Below are positions 24,607 to 38,369 of a DNA stretch of 64,000 bases, in pieces. A program made the position numbers and the translations under genes. This DNA comes from Eledone cirrhosa (taxonomy: Eukaryota). The notes under the pieces are model-generated. The model saw only the letters and a program-made list of their open reading frames with translations, made no database searches and was not told the DNA's origin. Where the stretch lies: positions 35,216,001 through 35,280,000 of the forward strand of contig OZ024744.1 in assembly GCA_964016885.1 (NCBI GenBank), in the 5' to 3' direction. Within the stretch, counting starts at the first letter, position 1. Each line of letters begins with the position of its first letter.

Positions 24607-24777
24607 CAGAACTTTTTTCGCTCTACATGGCTGAATACAATAAATGTAATCTGAGTTTTTCGAATATTAATAATAACATTCGATTCGTTTGCAATTATGC
24701 AAACACGCCTCAATTTTATAGCCATGTCAGTAGAATGAACCCTTCATTCTTGCTCTTGTGTTGGCATGTAAACAGAA

Positions 24778-24821
24778 CTGCAGATACTAATGTTTCTGGG
24801 TATCACCCTTCATCAGTACAG
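24778..24821 (-). ncRNA. Type-I hammerhead ribozyme (family D, left arm)
   Basis: The minus strand reads CTGTA-CTGATGA-AGGGTGATACCCA-GAAA-CATTAGTA-TC-TGCAG. Confidence 0.65.
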
Positions 24822-25122
24822 CTCACTGTTCACCAGCCAAACTGTCAGAGCTAGTGAAAATATATGCGATTTTCAAAATTACACAGTGACTGATCGGCCT
24901 GATTTGCATATTAGCAGACTGGCTGATCAGTCAAATCTGCATATTAGCAGATCCACTGATCAGCCAGATTTGCATATCAGCAGACTGGCCAGTCTGCAAA
25001 TATGCAGATCTGACTGACCAGCCAGTCTGCTAATATGCAAATCAGGCCGATCAGTCACTGTGTAATTTTGAAAATCGCATATATTTTCACTAGCTCTGAC
25101 AGTTTGGCAGGTGAACAGTGAG

Positions 25123-25166
25123 CTGTACTGATGAAGGGTGATACCCAGAAACATTAGTGTCTGCAG
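25123..25166 (+). ncRNA. Type-I hammerhead ribozyme (family D, right arm)
   Basis: CTGTA-CTGATGA-AGGGTGATACCCA-GAAA-CATTAGTG-TC-TGCAG, with a GUC triplet and a near-palindromic stem III. Confidence 0.75.
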
Positions 25167-25300
25167 ATCTGTTCACATGCCAACACAAGAGCAAGAACGA
25201 GGGGCTATTCTACTGACATGGCTATAAAACAGAGGCTTGTTTGCATAATTGTAAACGAATCGAATATTATTATTAATATTCGAAAAACTCAGATTACATT

Positions 25301-25451
<151 letters not shown>

Positions 25452-25965
25452 GTCTAATCCATGCTAGCGTGGAAGATAGAATTTATGCCAGTTCCTTTTC
25501 TGCATAAAGAACATGGCCATTTCCCTGACGGGATCAGAGTTTTGTCCTTTTTCTACTCACCAACACTAGCCAAGTCTTAACTAGGTTGCCTCTCAGTCCT
25601 CTTGCTTCCAACTGCTGTTTCCATAGCCAGAATTTATTCTCTAGCTCCTCTACTGATTCTGCTATAAGAACCAGATTGTCAGCATAGAGAAGTTCCCATG
25701 GGCAGCCAGTCTTAAACTCCTCTTTTATGGTTTGGAGGACTATAATTAACAAGAGTGGGCTGAGGATCGAACCTTGATGTACTCCTACTTGTATCTGGAA
25801 TTCCTCACTAAACTCCATTCCTACACTGACTTTACTGAGAGTACCTCTGTACAAAGTTTGCACTGTCCTCACAAGCCATTCCTCAACACCTAGTTTCCTT
25901 AGGGACCACCAGATGACAGATCGGGGTACCCTATCAAAGCCTTCTTTAGATCAACAAAGGCTAAG

Positions 25966-28900
25966 TCATCATCATCATCATCACCGTTTTACGTCCATTC
26001 TTCCATGCTAGCATGGGTTAGACGGGTTGTCCTGTTGTGGTCAGTGTCTAGTCGGCTGACTATGCCTTGCTCATACAGGAACTAATTTTGGCTTGATTTC
26101 TACAGCTGGATGCCCTTCCTAACACCAACCTCATTTACAGTGAGTGCTGGGTGCTTTTTCCTTGGCGCCTACATGTCCACTTTACAGTATGGGCTGGGTG
26201 CTTTTTTGCCGTGGCACCTCCACGACCACCTTGCAGTGGGAGGGTGTGGGGGCATATTGTCTATATGCTTCAGCTTGTACCATGAGAGGTTGGGTACTCT
26301 GTATTACTGCGTGACGTCAGAGGTCACGGTCGTGTGTCATTGCCTTTGAGAGGTGTAATTGGGTAAGGTCGGCTTTTATCACCTCATCCCAGGTCTTCTT
26401 GGGTCTCCCACTCCGCGGTTTCCATTGACTTCTAGTGCTCTGCACCTTTTTATGCAGCTGTCATCCTTCATACGCATCACATGTCCATACCAACGCAACC
26501 GCCTCTCCTGCACACAGCATTTGATTCCTCTTATGCTCAGTCTCTCTCTCAATTCATTTATGCTTTGTCGTTCGCGTATATTACTATTACACATCCATCG
26601 GAGCATGCAGGATTCGTTTCTTTCTAATCTACGTTAAGTCTTCCACCTTCAGCGCCCAGGTCTCACTACCATGTAACATTGCTGTTCGGATACATGCACC
26701 ATACAGTCTGCCTTTCATTTTGAGGGAGAAGCCTTTTGCAGCTAGCAGTGGCAGTAGTTCCCTGAACTTCTTCCAGCCCGTTCTTACCCTAGTTATTGTA
26801 CTTTCTGAACACCCACCTCCGCTACTAATTCGGTCACCTAGGTAGCAGAAGCTGTCTACTGTTTCTACAGAGCCCTCCCAGAGTTTGGTGGTACTTTCCT
26901 GTGGCTGTTTGCTATTGCTGTCCCAGCACAGCTGCTGCATGTGAAGCCTACATTCTTAATTAAGCTTCCTGAGATCCCACTACATCTCTTGTGTACACAT
27001 TGTTTGCATTTGGGGCAGAGAATGGAGTTCCTACCTATACCTTTCCTACATACTGAGCAAGACCATTTCCCTGAGGGATCTGGGTTCTGTCTTCTCGTCT
27101 ACTTACAAGGACCTTAGTCTTTGTCATGTTGGCTTTGAGACCCTTTCTTTCTAGTCCCTGCTTCCAAGTTTGGAATTTATTCTCTAGTACTACCATAGAT
27201 TCAGCTATAAGTGCGAGGTCATCAGCATACAGGAGTTCCCATGGGCATCCGGTCTTAAACTCCTCCGTTATTGCCTGCAGGACTATGATGAACAGGAGAG
27301 GGCTAAGAACAGAGCCCTGGTGGACCCCAACCTGTACGCTAAATTCCTCGCTATACTCATTGCTAATCCTAACTTTGCTGACTGCTCTCCTATACATGGC
27401 TTGTACAGCTTTCACAAGCCATTCATCTACCCCTAGTTTTCTAAGAGCCCATCAGGTTACAGCACGTGGAACTCTGTCAAAGGCTTTCTCGAGATCGACG
27501 AATGCCAGGTAGAGTGGCTTACTTGTAGCTAGGTACTTTTCCTGTAACTGCCTCACAAGGAAGAGGGCATCAGTGGTGCCTCTTCCTGGTACAAACCCAA
27601 ATTGCATCTCATCTATTTTCACCCGTTCCCTAATCAACTGTGCTATAACTCTTTCTGTTATAACTCTTTCAATTTCTTGACCTGGTCCATCAGCTTTATA
27701 CCTCTATAGTTTCCTCTATTTAGTGCATCATCTTTACCTCTGTAACAGTTGACAATGATGCTACTGCACCAATCTTTTGGTATGACACCTAGTTTTACCT
27801 GGTTAACAATACGTGTGGTTATAGTGTGACCTACAGACCCAGATGCCTTCAGCATATCGGCAGCTATACCCGATGGACCGGTTGCCTTCCCCATCTACAT
27901 ATCTTTGATTGCCTTACTTACTACGCTGCTGCTGACTTGTACTGCTGGCCCCCTCTATAGGGTCTACTTGGGGTAGGGTCTCTTCTTCCCATGCATTCTC
28001 CTCATTTAGTAATCTATGATAATGGCTCTTCCATGCATCTTTCTTCTCAGCACTTGTGAGGACAAGCTCACCTTTCTTTATCATTCCGGATACACTTCTC
28101 TCCAATGACATCACAATTCTCTCTGACACACTGCCTCGCAATCTTGAACACCTCCTCTATCTGGTCCTCACGTTGCAAAACATGCTTGAATTTTCTATCC
28201 TCCGCTTCTCTCCAAGTTAAGTATACTTGTCGCCTAGCTTCCCTCTTGGACTCTATGTAATGTACCCTGCTCCCCCCGTTCTTCCATTCTTTTCATGCCT
28301 GTATCTTGGCCTTAACTGCCTCATCTACCTTATTGTTCCACCACCAAGTCACTCTCCTCCTGCTTGTGGTCTTACTCCAGCCACAGATTTCATCCGTTGC
28401 TTCAAGCAAGTTATTTTTTAGGAACTCCCAGTGCTCTTCTACTTTGAATGTCTCTATCTGTTCTTCTTTATTGTCGTAGGCGTTGAGTAAAATATCTTTA
28501 AATCTGTTACTGGCTGAGGGGTCTTTCAGCTTCCAGATCTTTCTTCTCCAGGTTGGCCTGTTTCCAGGTTCGTCTAGTTCTGACCGTGAGGTTGCTGACA
28601 ACTAAGCTATGTTGGGAGGTACATTCCTCACTAGGGTAGGCTTTTGTGTTTACGACCGTCCATCTGTCACGTCCTCTGATGAGGATAAAATCTATCTGAC
28701 TAGAATGCTACCCTGATCTATAGGTGATCAGGTGGTTGTCGGGTTTTTTGAAGTTTGTGTTACATATCGACATGCCATTGGCGTCGCAGAATTCTAGAAG
28801 TCTGAATCCTTCTTCATTTCTTGTGCCAACCCCGTGGCCTCCATGGACTCTATTGAAGCCGTCACAGTGTTTATCTACGTGTCCGTTAAAATCTCTTGCG

Positions 28901-29288
28901 ATGATTAGGAAGTCATTGTCGTTTGTTAGAGCAGTAGTGTGCATTAGGGACTCGTAAAATCTATCCTTAAGTTCGTCTGGCAACCCCGATTGGAATGCGT
29001 AAGCTGATATTATTGTGGTAATTGTTTTAGTCAGGACTAGTCTGAGTTTAATGATTCTTGCATTTGCCCTGTACACTGAGATTACTTTATCTACCCACTT
29101 GTCAGCTAGTTGTATACCTACACCACCCATCCTATCGTCATTTCCCACCCAGAAAAATTTGTAGTACTGACTTTTTCCTACAAGGACTCTCCTCTCCATC
29201 TAGTCTCTTGCACACAGCATACATCAATTTCCTTTCGCTCTAGCATTTCTACGATTTCTCCTGCTCTTCCTTTCATTGTGCTTACATT
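25966..29288 (-). mobile_element. Near-full-length degenerate RTE LINE nested in the subfamily B copy
   Basis: It has an APE at 28601-29288, RT motifs ([32 protein letters not shown]), a C4HC3 finger, a 3' UTR and a (CAT)n tail at 25966-25985. Confidence 0.88.
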
Positions 29289-29835
29289 GTCTCACCAAGA
29301 AGAGGGCATCTGTTGTACTCTTCCCAGGCACAAAACCAAACTGTATCTCAGTTTGACCCTTTCTCTAATTAGTTGTGCTAATATCCTTTCTGCCACTTTC
29401 ATAACCTGATCCATCAGTTTTACACCCCTATAATTGCTCCTCTCCAGAGCATCCCCTTTACCTTTGTAACAATTTATGAGAATACTGCTGCACCAGTCTT
29501 TGAGTATGACACCACCATATATAGCTTGATTGATGATGCATGCAACCAATTTAGTGCCTACATCCCCTGATGCCTTCAGCATCTCAGCAACTATTCCCGA
29601 TGGTCCAGCAGCCTTACCATTTTTCATTTCCTTAATCGCCTCTTGGACCCTATATTCGTCAATCTCAATAGCTGGTCCCTCTGTCGGATCTACTAAGGGT
29701 AATTTCTCTCTCTCCCATTCGTTCTCCACATTCATCAGTCTCTCATAATGACATTTCCAGGCCTCCTTTTTCTGATCATTCGTGACACTAAGAACACCGG
29801 CATCATCCCGGACACATTTATCTCCAACAACATCC

Positions 29836-30107
29836 AGTCCGAAACAAATGAGATCGTGTAGGTGTCACGACAAAAAAACGCACAGTCCACGCTGTAATGT
29901 GGCCGTGTAGGTAACACGGTAAAAACCTCCCAGTCCACACTGTAAAGGTGGTTGGTGTTAGGAAGGGCATCCAGCCGTAGAAAACCCGCCAGACAGTCCT
30001 ATACGAGCAAGACAACCAATCTTGCCTCAAGTGGGAAAATTCCCGTCCAAACCCATGCTAGCGTGGAAAATGGACGTTAAACGATGATGATGATGATGAT
30101 GATGATG
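29836..30107 (+). mobile_element. 272-bp RTE 3'-UTR insertion with TSD
   Basis: It has a (GAT)n tail and a 7-bp TSD AACATCC at 29829-29835 and 30108-30114. Confidence 0.85.
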
Positions 30108-31299
30108 AACATCCTGATTTGCATTGACACTCTGCCTTGTAATGTGGAACACCGCACGCCTCTGATCTTCCCGTCGCAGAACATTGGCAAACCTCCTACT
30201 CTCTTCCTCCCTGCGTGTTAAGTACACCTGACGTCTAGTTTCTCCTTTAGCGGCTGTATATTCTTCCCTACTCCCACCCTTTTTCCAAGCCTTCCATCCT
30301 AGTCTTTTGTCTCTAATGGCCTTATCTACTGTGCTGTTCCACGACCAGGTCACTCTCTCTCTGGTTGGAGCTCTGCTCCAGCCACAAGTTTCATCAGTAG
30401 CCTGCAGTAAGTTGTCACGTAAGAAATTCCAGTTATTATCTATGTCATACGTCTCGAAATCGTCTTCTTTTTCGTCATACACATCTTGAAGGGCTTTCCT
30501 AAATTTGTATTTTAGTGAAAGGTCTTTTAGCTTCCAGACCTTTCTTCTCCACACCTTCCTGTATGTCTCATTCCATCTCTTGCTTACTGAGATATCACTA
30601 ACGACTAACCTATGCTGTGGGGTACATTCTTCCCCAGGGTATGCCTTTGTATTAGACACTATCTGCCTGTCCCGCTGCCTAACTAATAAGAAGTCAATCT
30701 GGCTTATGTGCTCGCCAGATTTGTAGGTTATTAGGTGATTGGCAGGTTTCTGGAAGTTTGTGTTGCAAATAGTCACTGTACTTGCATCACAAAATTCAAG
30801 AAGTCTCACTCCTTCTTCATTTCTTGAGCCATAACCGTGCCCACCATGTACCCCAATGTAACCATCCTGGAGCTGTCCAACATGACCATTGAAGTCCCTT
30901 GCTAGCAAAACGATGGCCCTGTCTTCTGTCATTGCGGTTGTTTGTAAAAGTTGCTCGTAAAAGCAGTCTTTCTCATCTTTACCTAGGCCTGCCTGGGGAG
31001 CATAGGCAGAGATGATTGTCAGTAGTCTCCTGCCTACAACTAATTTAAGCTTAATTATTCGATTACTAACTCGAACTACCTCTATTGTCTTATTGATCCA
31101 TCTCTCAGCCAGGAAAATGCCTACTCCCCCTAACCCATCATCCTTACCTACCCAGAAAATCTTATAGCTAAGATGTTTGCCTACAACTAGTCTCGCAGAG
31201 GCACCTCTCAATCTCACCTCTTGCACGCAGCACACATCCACATGCCTTCTCTCCAGCATCTCCGCTATTTCAGCAGATCTACCTCTGAGAGTGCCAACA

Positions 31300-33349
31300 T
31301 TAAGCGGAAAAAACATCCCAAAAGTGCAATTTGGGAGACTGCAGCAGTCCGTCTTGTCAGAAAAGAACGTCGCAATGCTGAACGTGAGTACAAACTGCAC
31401 AAATCAGACATCAATAGAAAGAGGCGAAATAGATCGTCCACCCACCTCAAACAGGTGACAAAAAAGGCAGTGCTTCAATTCGAGCAGCACATAGCAACCA
31501 GCCCTGACAGTAAGGTGTTCTGGAAGTATGTTCACTCAAAGCAGAGGCCTCACTCTCCAGTTGGTTCTCTTCACAATCCCCACACCAGATTACTGACGAC
31601 CCCAAGGAATGCGCAGAGCTCATTGCTGAATGCTATGCAGGCATTTTCACTATTGAAGACCAGAGTGTACCATCTCCACCACCTATGACACCAGACTATT
31701 ACAACCATGGAATTTACACCTGCAATGCTGCGACGTCTTTATGGTGTTACGTACCTGCTTCTCAAATGTGGTGGGTACTTCTTTCTGCACCAGATATCAT
31801 GCTTATTCCAATTCTGTCTGAACAACGGTGCTACTCCAGAACAGTGGAAAACTGCCAGTGTCATTCCTCTGTTCAAAAAGGGTGACCGCACATCACCTGT
31901 GAACTATCGTCTAGTCAGTCTTACTAGCTACATTGATGGAATCCTGTCTCAGAGAAATGATTTGGAACTTCTGGAATTCTCACAGCCTTATCCGCCCCTC
32001 GCAATTTGGATTTATCCCCAACTCCAGCTGCTGTGATCAACTTATCGAGTTTCTTGAAGACATCACCCGGATCACTGATGGCGGCTCATGGGTGGATGTT
32101 GTTTACCTTGACTTTGCAAAAGCTTTCAATTCTGTACCATGCAAAAGACTTATGGCAAAACTCTCTGCAATGGGTGTGAAGGATGATCTTTTTAACTGGT
32201 TCAAGTCTTTCATTCTCAGTCGAAGATTGTGGGACAGTTCTGGGACAGCATTCCTCACCATATGAGATGTCATCTGATGTACCACAGGGATCTGTTCTTG
32301 GCCCCCTTTTGTTTGTGGCATATATTAATGACATAGATGCCAACTTAAAGAATTCCACAGTACTAAAGTACGCAGATGACATCAAGCTGTACCTTGAGAT
32401 AAAAAGGACAGATCCTGAACACTATAGATCTTGCTTGCAGTCTGACCTGGACACAATGCAACAATGGATCTCAGACTGGCAACTCAAGCTAGCTGTGGAC
32501 AAGTGCACCACCATGCACTTTGGGAGTAAAAACCCAGCGTCCACATACTCCCTCCACAGCACTAATATCAAGAAGTCTTCTTGTGAACGTGACCTGGGCA
32601 TTACGGTCAGCAGTGATTTGCGTTGGACGAAGCACATCTCTAAAATTGTCAAGAAAACCGAGGGTGTCTTAGTATCACTCAGCAAGACCTTTGTCAGCCG
32701 CTCTCCAGCTATCTATTTAAGGCTGTACATGGCTATGGTGCGGCCACACTTAGAATTTGCATCACCAGTCTGGAACCCCTATCTTGCTCAGAACATTGAC
32801 CGCCTGGAAACTATTCAGAGACGTGCAACCAAGCGAATATCCTCCATCAGGCATCTACCATACTCTGAACACCTTGCTTCCCTGGGCATGGATACATTGA
32901 AGCTCCGACGCCTGGCAACTGACTTGATAAACACCCACAAAATTGTTAACCATCTTGCCAAAAACAACCCTGAGTACCTTTTTGATTTCCATGTGTCTAA
33001 CACACGTGGGCGTGCCCACAAAGTCAGAAAACAGCACAGCTCCCATGACTTTCGGAAACATTTTTTCACGCTCAGAGTTGCTGAAGCATGGAACAAACTA
33101 CCTGCACCAGTTGTTAGCTGTCGAGACACTGCATCCTTTAAGGCCTCCATGCTTCCTGAGATTCGCCAGCACTACACCTAATATTCCCTCTCCATACACA
33201 TACACACATGTATATCATGACACATACACTATTCACTTCCCTGACATTTGTGTATTATTCTATGTACTATACATCACCTTTGACGAGTTGTAGTGCACCT
33301 GAGCACTTTACACAATAATTTCATTATTATTATTATTATATTATTATTA
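31300..33349 (+). mobile_element. 5'-truncated CR1-clade LINE (RT domain, frameshifted)
   Basis: Motifs are KVFWKYV, WKTASVIPLFKKG, NYRLVSLTS, QFGF, YLDFAKAF, VPQGSVLGPLLF, YADD and ERDLG, followed by an (ATT)n tail. Confidence 0.92.
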
Positions 33350-33421
33350 AGTGTTGCAGCTCTGAGATGCGACGTCTTCATATTTTGTTATATATGTGTG
33401 TATGTGAGTGGTGTGTGTGTT

Positions 33422-33680
33422 TGTATGCATGAGTGTTGGTGTGTGAGTGGCGTGTATGTTTGTAGTTTGTATGCATGAGTGTTGGTGTGTGAGTGGCGTG
33501 TATGTTTGTAGTTTGTATGCATGAGTGTTGGTGTGTGAGTGGCGTGTATGTTTGTAGTTTGTATGCATGAGTGTTGGTGTGTGAGTGGCGTGTATGTTTG
33601 TAGTTTGTATGTATGAGTGTTGGTGTGTGAGTGGCGTGTATGTTTGTAGTTTGTATGCATGAGTGTTGGTGTGTGAGTGT
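33422..33680. repeat. 46-bp GT-rich minisatellite, about 5.5 copies
   Basis: The unit is TGTATGCATGAGTGTTGGTGTGTGAGTGGCGTGTATGTTTGTAGTT. Confidence 0.92.
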
Positions 33681-33900
33681 GTGTGAGTGTCGTGTCAATA
33701 AGTGTTTTTTTTTTTTATGACCATGCTGTAAAATGGAGGGGTAGAGAGGGTCCTTGAGTCTAGTAAGACATCCTCTCTAGTGCTGGTGGCACAAATAAAA
33801 GTACCTAGTCCATGCTGTAAAGTGGCGCTGGTGTTAGGAAGGGCATCCAACCAGTGTATCAATGCCAAAACGCTTAACAGCACAGCAACAAATAGATAGG

Positions 33901-33965
<65 letters not shown>

Positions 33966-33997
33966 AGATCAAAAGATGGTTAAAGGAGTTCCATGTA

Positions 33998-34064
33998 TTT
34001 TATTATGCGCATTTCAAAAACAAACATCATCATGCAATAATATTTGTGTTTTCATCAGATAAAA
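33998..34064 (-). ncRNA. Minimal type-I hammerhead (mirror copy)
   Basis: It is the reverse complement of 34187-34253. Confidence 0.75.
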
Positions 34065-34186
34065 CAGGAGAACATGATATGAAGGCTAAAAAACACTTGT
34101 GGATAGTGCAGTTTTAAATCATCATATGTTGATTTAAAACTGCACTATCCACAAGTGTTTTTTAGCCTTCATATCATGTTCTCCTG

Positions 34187-34253
34187 TTTTATCTGATGAA
34201 AACACAAATATTATTGCATGATGATGTTTGTTTTTGAAATGCGCATAATAAAA
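34187..34253 (+). ncRNA. Minimal type-I hammerhead ribozyme
   Basis: TTTTAT-CTGATGA-AAACAC..GTTTTT-GAAA-TGCGCA-TA-ATAAAA, with palindromic stem III TGCGCA. Confidence 0.78.
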
Positions 34254-34379
34254 TACATGGAACTCCTTTAACCATCTTTTGATCTTATATTATGTATACT
34301 CCAGTCCTACAAACTGTAGAGTGCTTCTTATCCGATATCTGCATTGCTTTATTGTACTACAATAAAACTCACCTACTAC

Positions 34380-34412
<33 letters not shown>

Positions 34413-35065
34413 ATATATCACTTCCTATTTCTTTTGTCCCCTATCCAACTAATCCCCTTAGTTTACTCTCACCTCCCCCTCTTCTCTAAACACCTGCTTC
34501 TATTTTCTATCTCTCCTTTATGTCCCCCACATATTATTTTCTCTATCTACTGGTACATTATTTTTGGCCTATCATTTTAACATTTTTTTATGTACACCCG
34601 ACACGACCAGTTACCTGTTTAATCAACCATGTGTATTCTTTCAATCTTAATACCTAAAGTTTGGTGTCCCCCTACCTAGTGCTACATCCAGCCAGTACTT
34701 TGGTACATTTATTCCTATTTTCCATATAACTAAATTATATGAATATTTTTTTATTTTCTATTATCTTTTGTGTGTATTTGTGAATGTGTCTGTGATGTTA
34801 TACGCTTCACATTCAAATATTTTTCCTTGAACATTATTGGCTAACTAAGATGTTAATGGTTCGATGACATTGGAAAACAGACATATTTATGTAAGCATAA
34901 TAGCATTATACATAAATACACACATACATACATACATATATAAGCACACACACATATACATACATATTCAAAACGGGTGCACACAGGACAAAGACAACTG
35001 GAAAAACAATGGAAAAGCAGACAATATATATATATATGTATATATATGTATATATATATATATAC

Positions 35066-35187
35066 TGCCAGACAGTCCTATGCGAGCAAGACAATCACTC
35101 TTGCCTCAAGTGGGACTACCCCCGTCCAAACCCATGCAAGCGTGGAACACGGACGTTAAACGTTGATGATGATGATGATGATGATGA
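35066..35187 (+). mobile_element. Very short RTE 3'-terminal insertion in (TA)n
   Basis: It matches 46900-47023 and has a (GAT)n tail. Confidence 0.85.
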
Positions 35188-35210
35188 TACATATGTATAT
35201 ATATATATAT

Positions 35211-36917
35211 AAAAAGTAAACCCCTATACTTAGCTTTCATCGACTTGGAGAAGGCCTTCGACAGAGTCCCCCGTTCCCTTATCTGGTGGGCTCTTAGAAA
35301 ACTAGGTGTTGATGAATGGCTTGTGAGAGCTATACAAGCCATGTATAAAGAAACAGCCAGCAAGGTTAGAATTAATAACGAATATAGTGAAGAGTTTAGT
35401 GTAAAAGTTGGTGTTCATCAGGGCTCTGTTCTTAGCCCCCTACTATTTATTATTGCCCTCCAGGCTATAACAGTGGAGTTCAAGACCGGCTGCCCATGGG
35501 AACTCCTATACGCAGATGATCTAACGCTCATAGCTGAATCAATGGCCGAGCTAGAGAAGAAATTCCAAACATGGAAGCACGGCCTAGAATCAAAAGGCCT
35601 TAAAATTAACCTGGCTAAGACTAAAGTTCTAGTTTGTAAGAAAGAAAATAAGGTGGCGGTCCCCTCCGGGAAGTGGCCATGCGCAGAGTGTAGGAAAGGC
35701 GTAGGTAGAAATTCCATTTTGTGTCCCAAATGCAAAGTTTGGGTGCATAAAAGATGTAGTGGGATCACAGGTAAGCTAACTAAGAACATAGATTTTACAT
35801 GTGGCCGGTGTTCTGGGGAAATAAGTAGCAGCAAGTGCCCACAAAATACTAGCTCTTTCAACTGCGCAGAGGGTTCTATAGAAATAGTGGACAGCTTCCG
35901 TTACCTGGGTGACAAAATCAGCAGTGGGGGAGGGTGCTCTGAAAGTACAGTAGCTAGAGTCAGAACTGGGTGGAAATAGTTCAGAGAGCTTATACCACTA
36001 TTAGCCGCTAAAGAGTTCTCCCTAAAAATGAAAGGCAGGCTGTACGATGCCTGCATACGAACAGCAATGTTGCATGGCAGTGAGACCTGGGCATTATGTG
36101 CAGAGGATATACGCAGACTAGAGAGAAACGAAGCTTGCATGCTCCGCTGGATGTGTAATAGTAATATACGTGAACGACAAAGCATAAACGAACTAATGAA
36201 AAAATTAGAAATAAGAGGGATCAGATGTTGTTTACTAGAGAGAAGGCTATGTTGGTATGGTCACGTGATGCGCATGAAGGACGATAGCTGTATAACAAAG
36301 TGCAGGGCAATAAAGATAGACGGTAGCCACGGAATAGGCAGACCCAGAAAAACCTGGGACGAGCTGATAAACTCCGACCTCACACACTTACACCTCACCA
36401 AGACAATGTCACTGGACCGAGACATTTGGCGGTACTCAGTAATAGAGAAGACCCGCCTTACCTAAATACAAAGTAAAACCTACTACAGTCAGTAGGCATC
36501 TCTAACAAAATACACCCCCATCCCACCACCCCCACCCCATCCACACCGCCCCCTTCTATGTAAAGTTATGTTGGTGCCACACCATCCAGGCCGAAACAAA
36601 TGAGATCGTGTAGGTGTCACGACAAAAAAAAACACAGTCCACGCTGTAATGTGGTCGTGTAGGCAACACGGTAAAAACCTCCCAGACCCACACTGTAAAT
36701 GTGGTTGGTGTTAGGAAGGGCATCCAGCTGTAGAAAACCCGCCAGACAGTCCTATGCGGGGGTTTTCCCACTTGAGGCAAGAGTGGTTGTCTTGCTCGCA
36801 TAGGACTGTCTGGCGGGTTTTCTACAGCTGGATGCCCTTCCTAACACCAACCACATTTACAGTGTGGGGCTGGGAGGTTTTTACCGTGTTGCCTACACGG
36901 CCACATTACAGCGTGGC
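35211..36917 (+). mobile_element. RTE LINE 3' half (subfamily A) ending in an inverted duplication of its 3' UTR
   Basis: ORFs 35245-35979 and 36028-36465 are in frame with one stop. Segment 36797-36916 is the reverse complement of about 36638-36757. Confidence 0.9.
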
Positions 36918-37017
36918 TTATATATATATATATATATATATAACCAATGCTAGCATAGAAGAATCGATGTAAAACAGTGGTGGTGATGATGATGATGATT
37001 ATATATATGAATATATA

Positions 37018-37420
37018 TGATGGCTGCCCCCTCGTTATCGAGTATGGCCATTGCACGATATACCATTATTAATAATTATTAATTAATGCTCTCGTTCAAT
37101 GCTTGTGCGTGAAGATATTTTTTAAAGAGAGGGAAGACTGTGCACTGAGCCAATCCCACTCCCTGAGCGACAGTAGTTATAACCCGAAAAGAAGAAAAGA
37201 TCAACATCATCGGTAACTCCTAAGCCACAGGTTTTATATCGGAGTTATCCCAGTTTCCTGAGTTGCCTCCTCCTAGAAGAATGCCCTGACAAGGGCTAGG
37301 GGTGCTTTACTCCCAGTGGTTTAACCGCACGATCGGGTGTCCAGCCCGACTATTTCTATGTCCCCGCGCATATACATACACATGCACCCATGCACATATA
37401 CATATATATATATATACATA
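37018..37420 (-). mobile_element. Non-autonomous short interspersed repeat with RTE-like terminal motifs
   Basis: A close inverted copy lies at 38370-38625 and a diverged copy at 37447-37880. The motif CTAGGAGRAGGCAACTC resembles RTE 5' UTR sequence (recalled, not searched). Confidence 0.55.
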
Positions 37421-37965
37421 CATATATTTATATATATATACATACATGGTGGCTGCCAACACGTTTTCGAGTACGGCCACTACTTTATATCCATGTAGGA
37501 GAACCCCTACTGATGTGCTAAACGAGTGTGACTTTTTAGTCCAGCGAGCGACTTGAAAACTCTGGTACAAACACTGCACTTGTGACAGTTACTGACACAT
37601 AGTGCTGGGCACATGGTACCATGTGACGACAAGTGCAGAGAGATCTCCAGATATAAAGCAATGCCTGTGCCGTGAAGCTTTTATAGTGAGCAAAGGCACT
37701 GCACAAAGCCAGTCCCACTCTCTTAACCAAGAAGATATTTACCAAAAAGAAGAACAAGTCAACATCATTGGATACCATCAGGGTTGCAGGTGTTATATCA
37801 GAGTTTTCCTTCTCCTAGAATTCTGCCTTGACAAAGGCTAAGGGGTCATCTCTCCCGGTGATTTTGGATGGCCATTGATGTATATATATATATATCATCA
37901 TCATCATCATTATCGTTTAATGTCCATCTTCCACGCTTGCATGTATGTATGTATGTATGTATGTA

Positions 37966-38312
37966 ATTTTCATTTCATCATCATTTCCTTTTATGTCCGC
38001 TTTTCCCTGCTTGCAAGGGTGGGACGGGAACTGATTCTGGCTTGATTTCTACAACTGGATGCCCTTCCTAACTCCAACCTCATTTACAGTGAGTGATGGG
38101 TGCTTTTTTGCCGTGGCACCTCCACGACCACTTTGCAGTGGAATGATAGGGACTCCACTCCCTATCATCTCATTTCTACAGCCTAGTAAACTGGAGCAAT
38201 GTCAAATAAAATGTCTTGCTCAAGGAAACAACACATCACCCGATCTGAGAATTGAACTCACAATCTTTCGATTGCAAGCCCAATGCTCTAACCACTAAGC
38301 CATGTGCCTCCA
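37966..38312 (-). mobile_element. tRNA-headed SINE with RTE-derived tail
   Basis: It belongs to the same family as 20247-20605 and 39284-39629. Confidence 0.85.
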
Positions 38313-38369
38313 TTAGTATGTATATATATATATACATATATATATATATAAATATATGTATGTATGCAT

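Larger units (their letters stand above)
25490..31305 (-). mobile_element. RTE LINE (subfamily B) interrupted by two later RTE insertions
   Basis: Segments 30108-31305 (APE: LNVGTLRG, CVQE, ISAYAPQ, DFNGHVG, QIDF, QHRLV), 29288-29835 and 25490-25965 (RT) are colinear with the copy at 47925-49685. Confidence 0.8.
33961..34381 (+). mobile_element. 330-bp near-perfect palindrome with two hammerheads plus ~90-bp 3' extension, in (TA)n
   Basis: Arms are 33961-34120 / 34131-34290. The extension resembles the family A terminus (ACTCCA..GAGTGCTT..ATC) and contains AATAAA. Confidence 0.85.

Noticed and set aside
33422-33680. CRISPR-like array
   Set aside because: These are head-to-tail units with no unique spacers, in a eukaryotic context.
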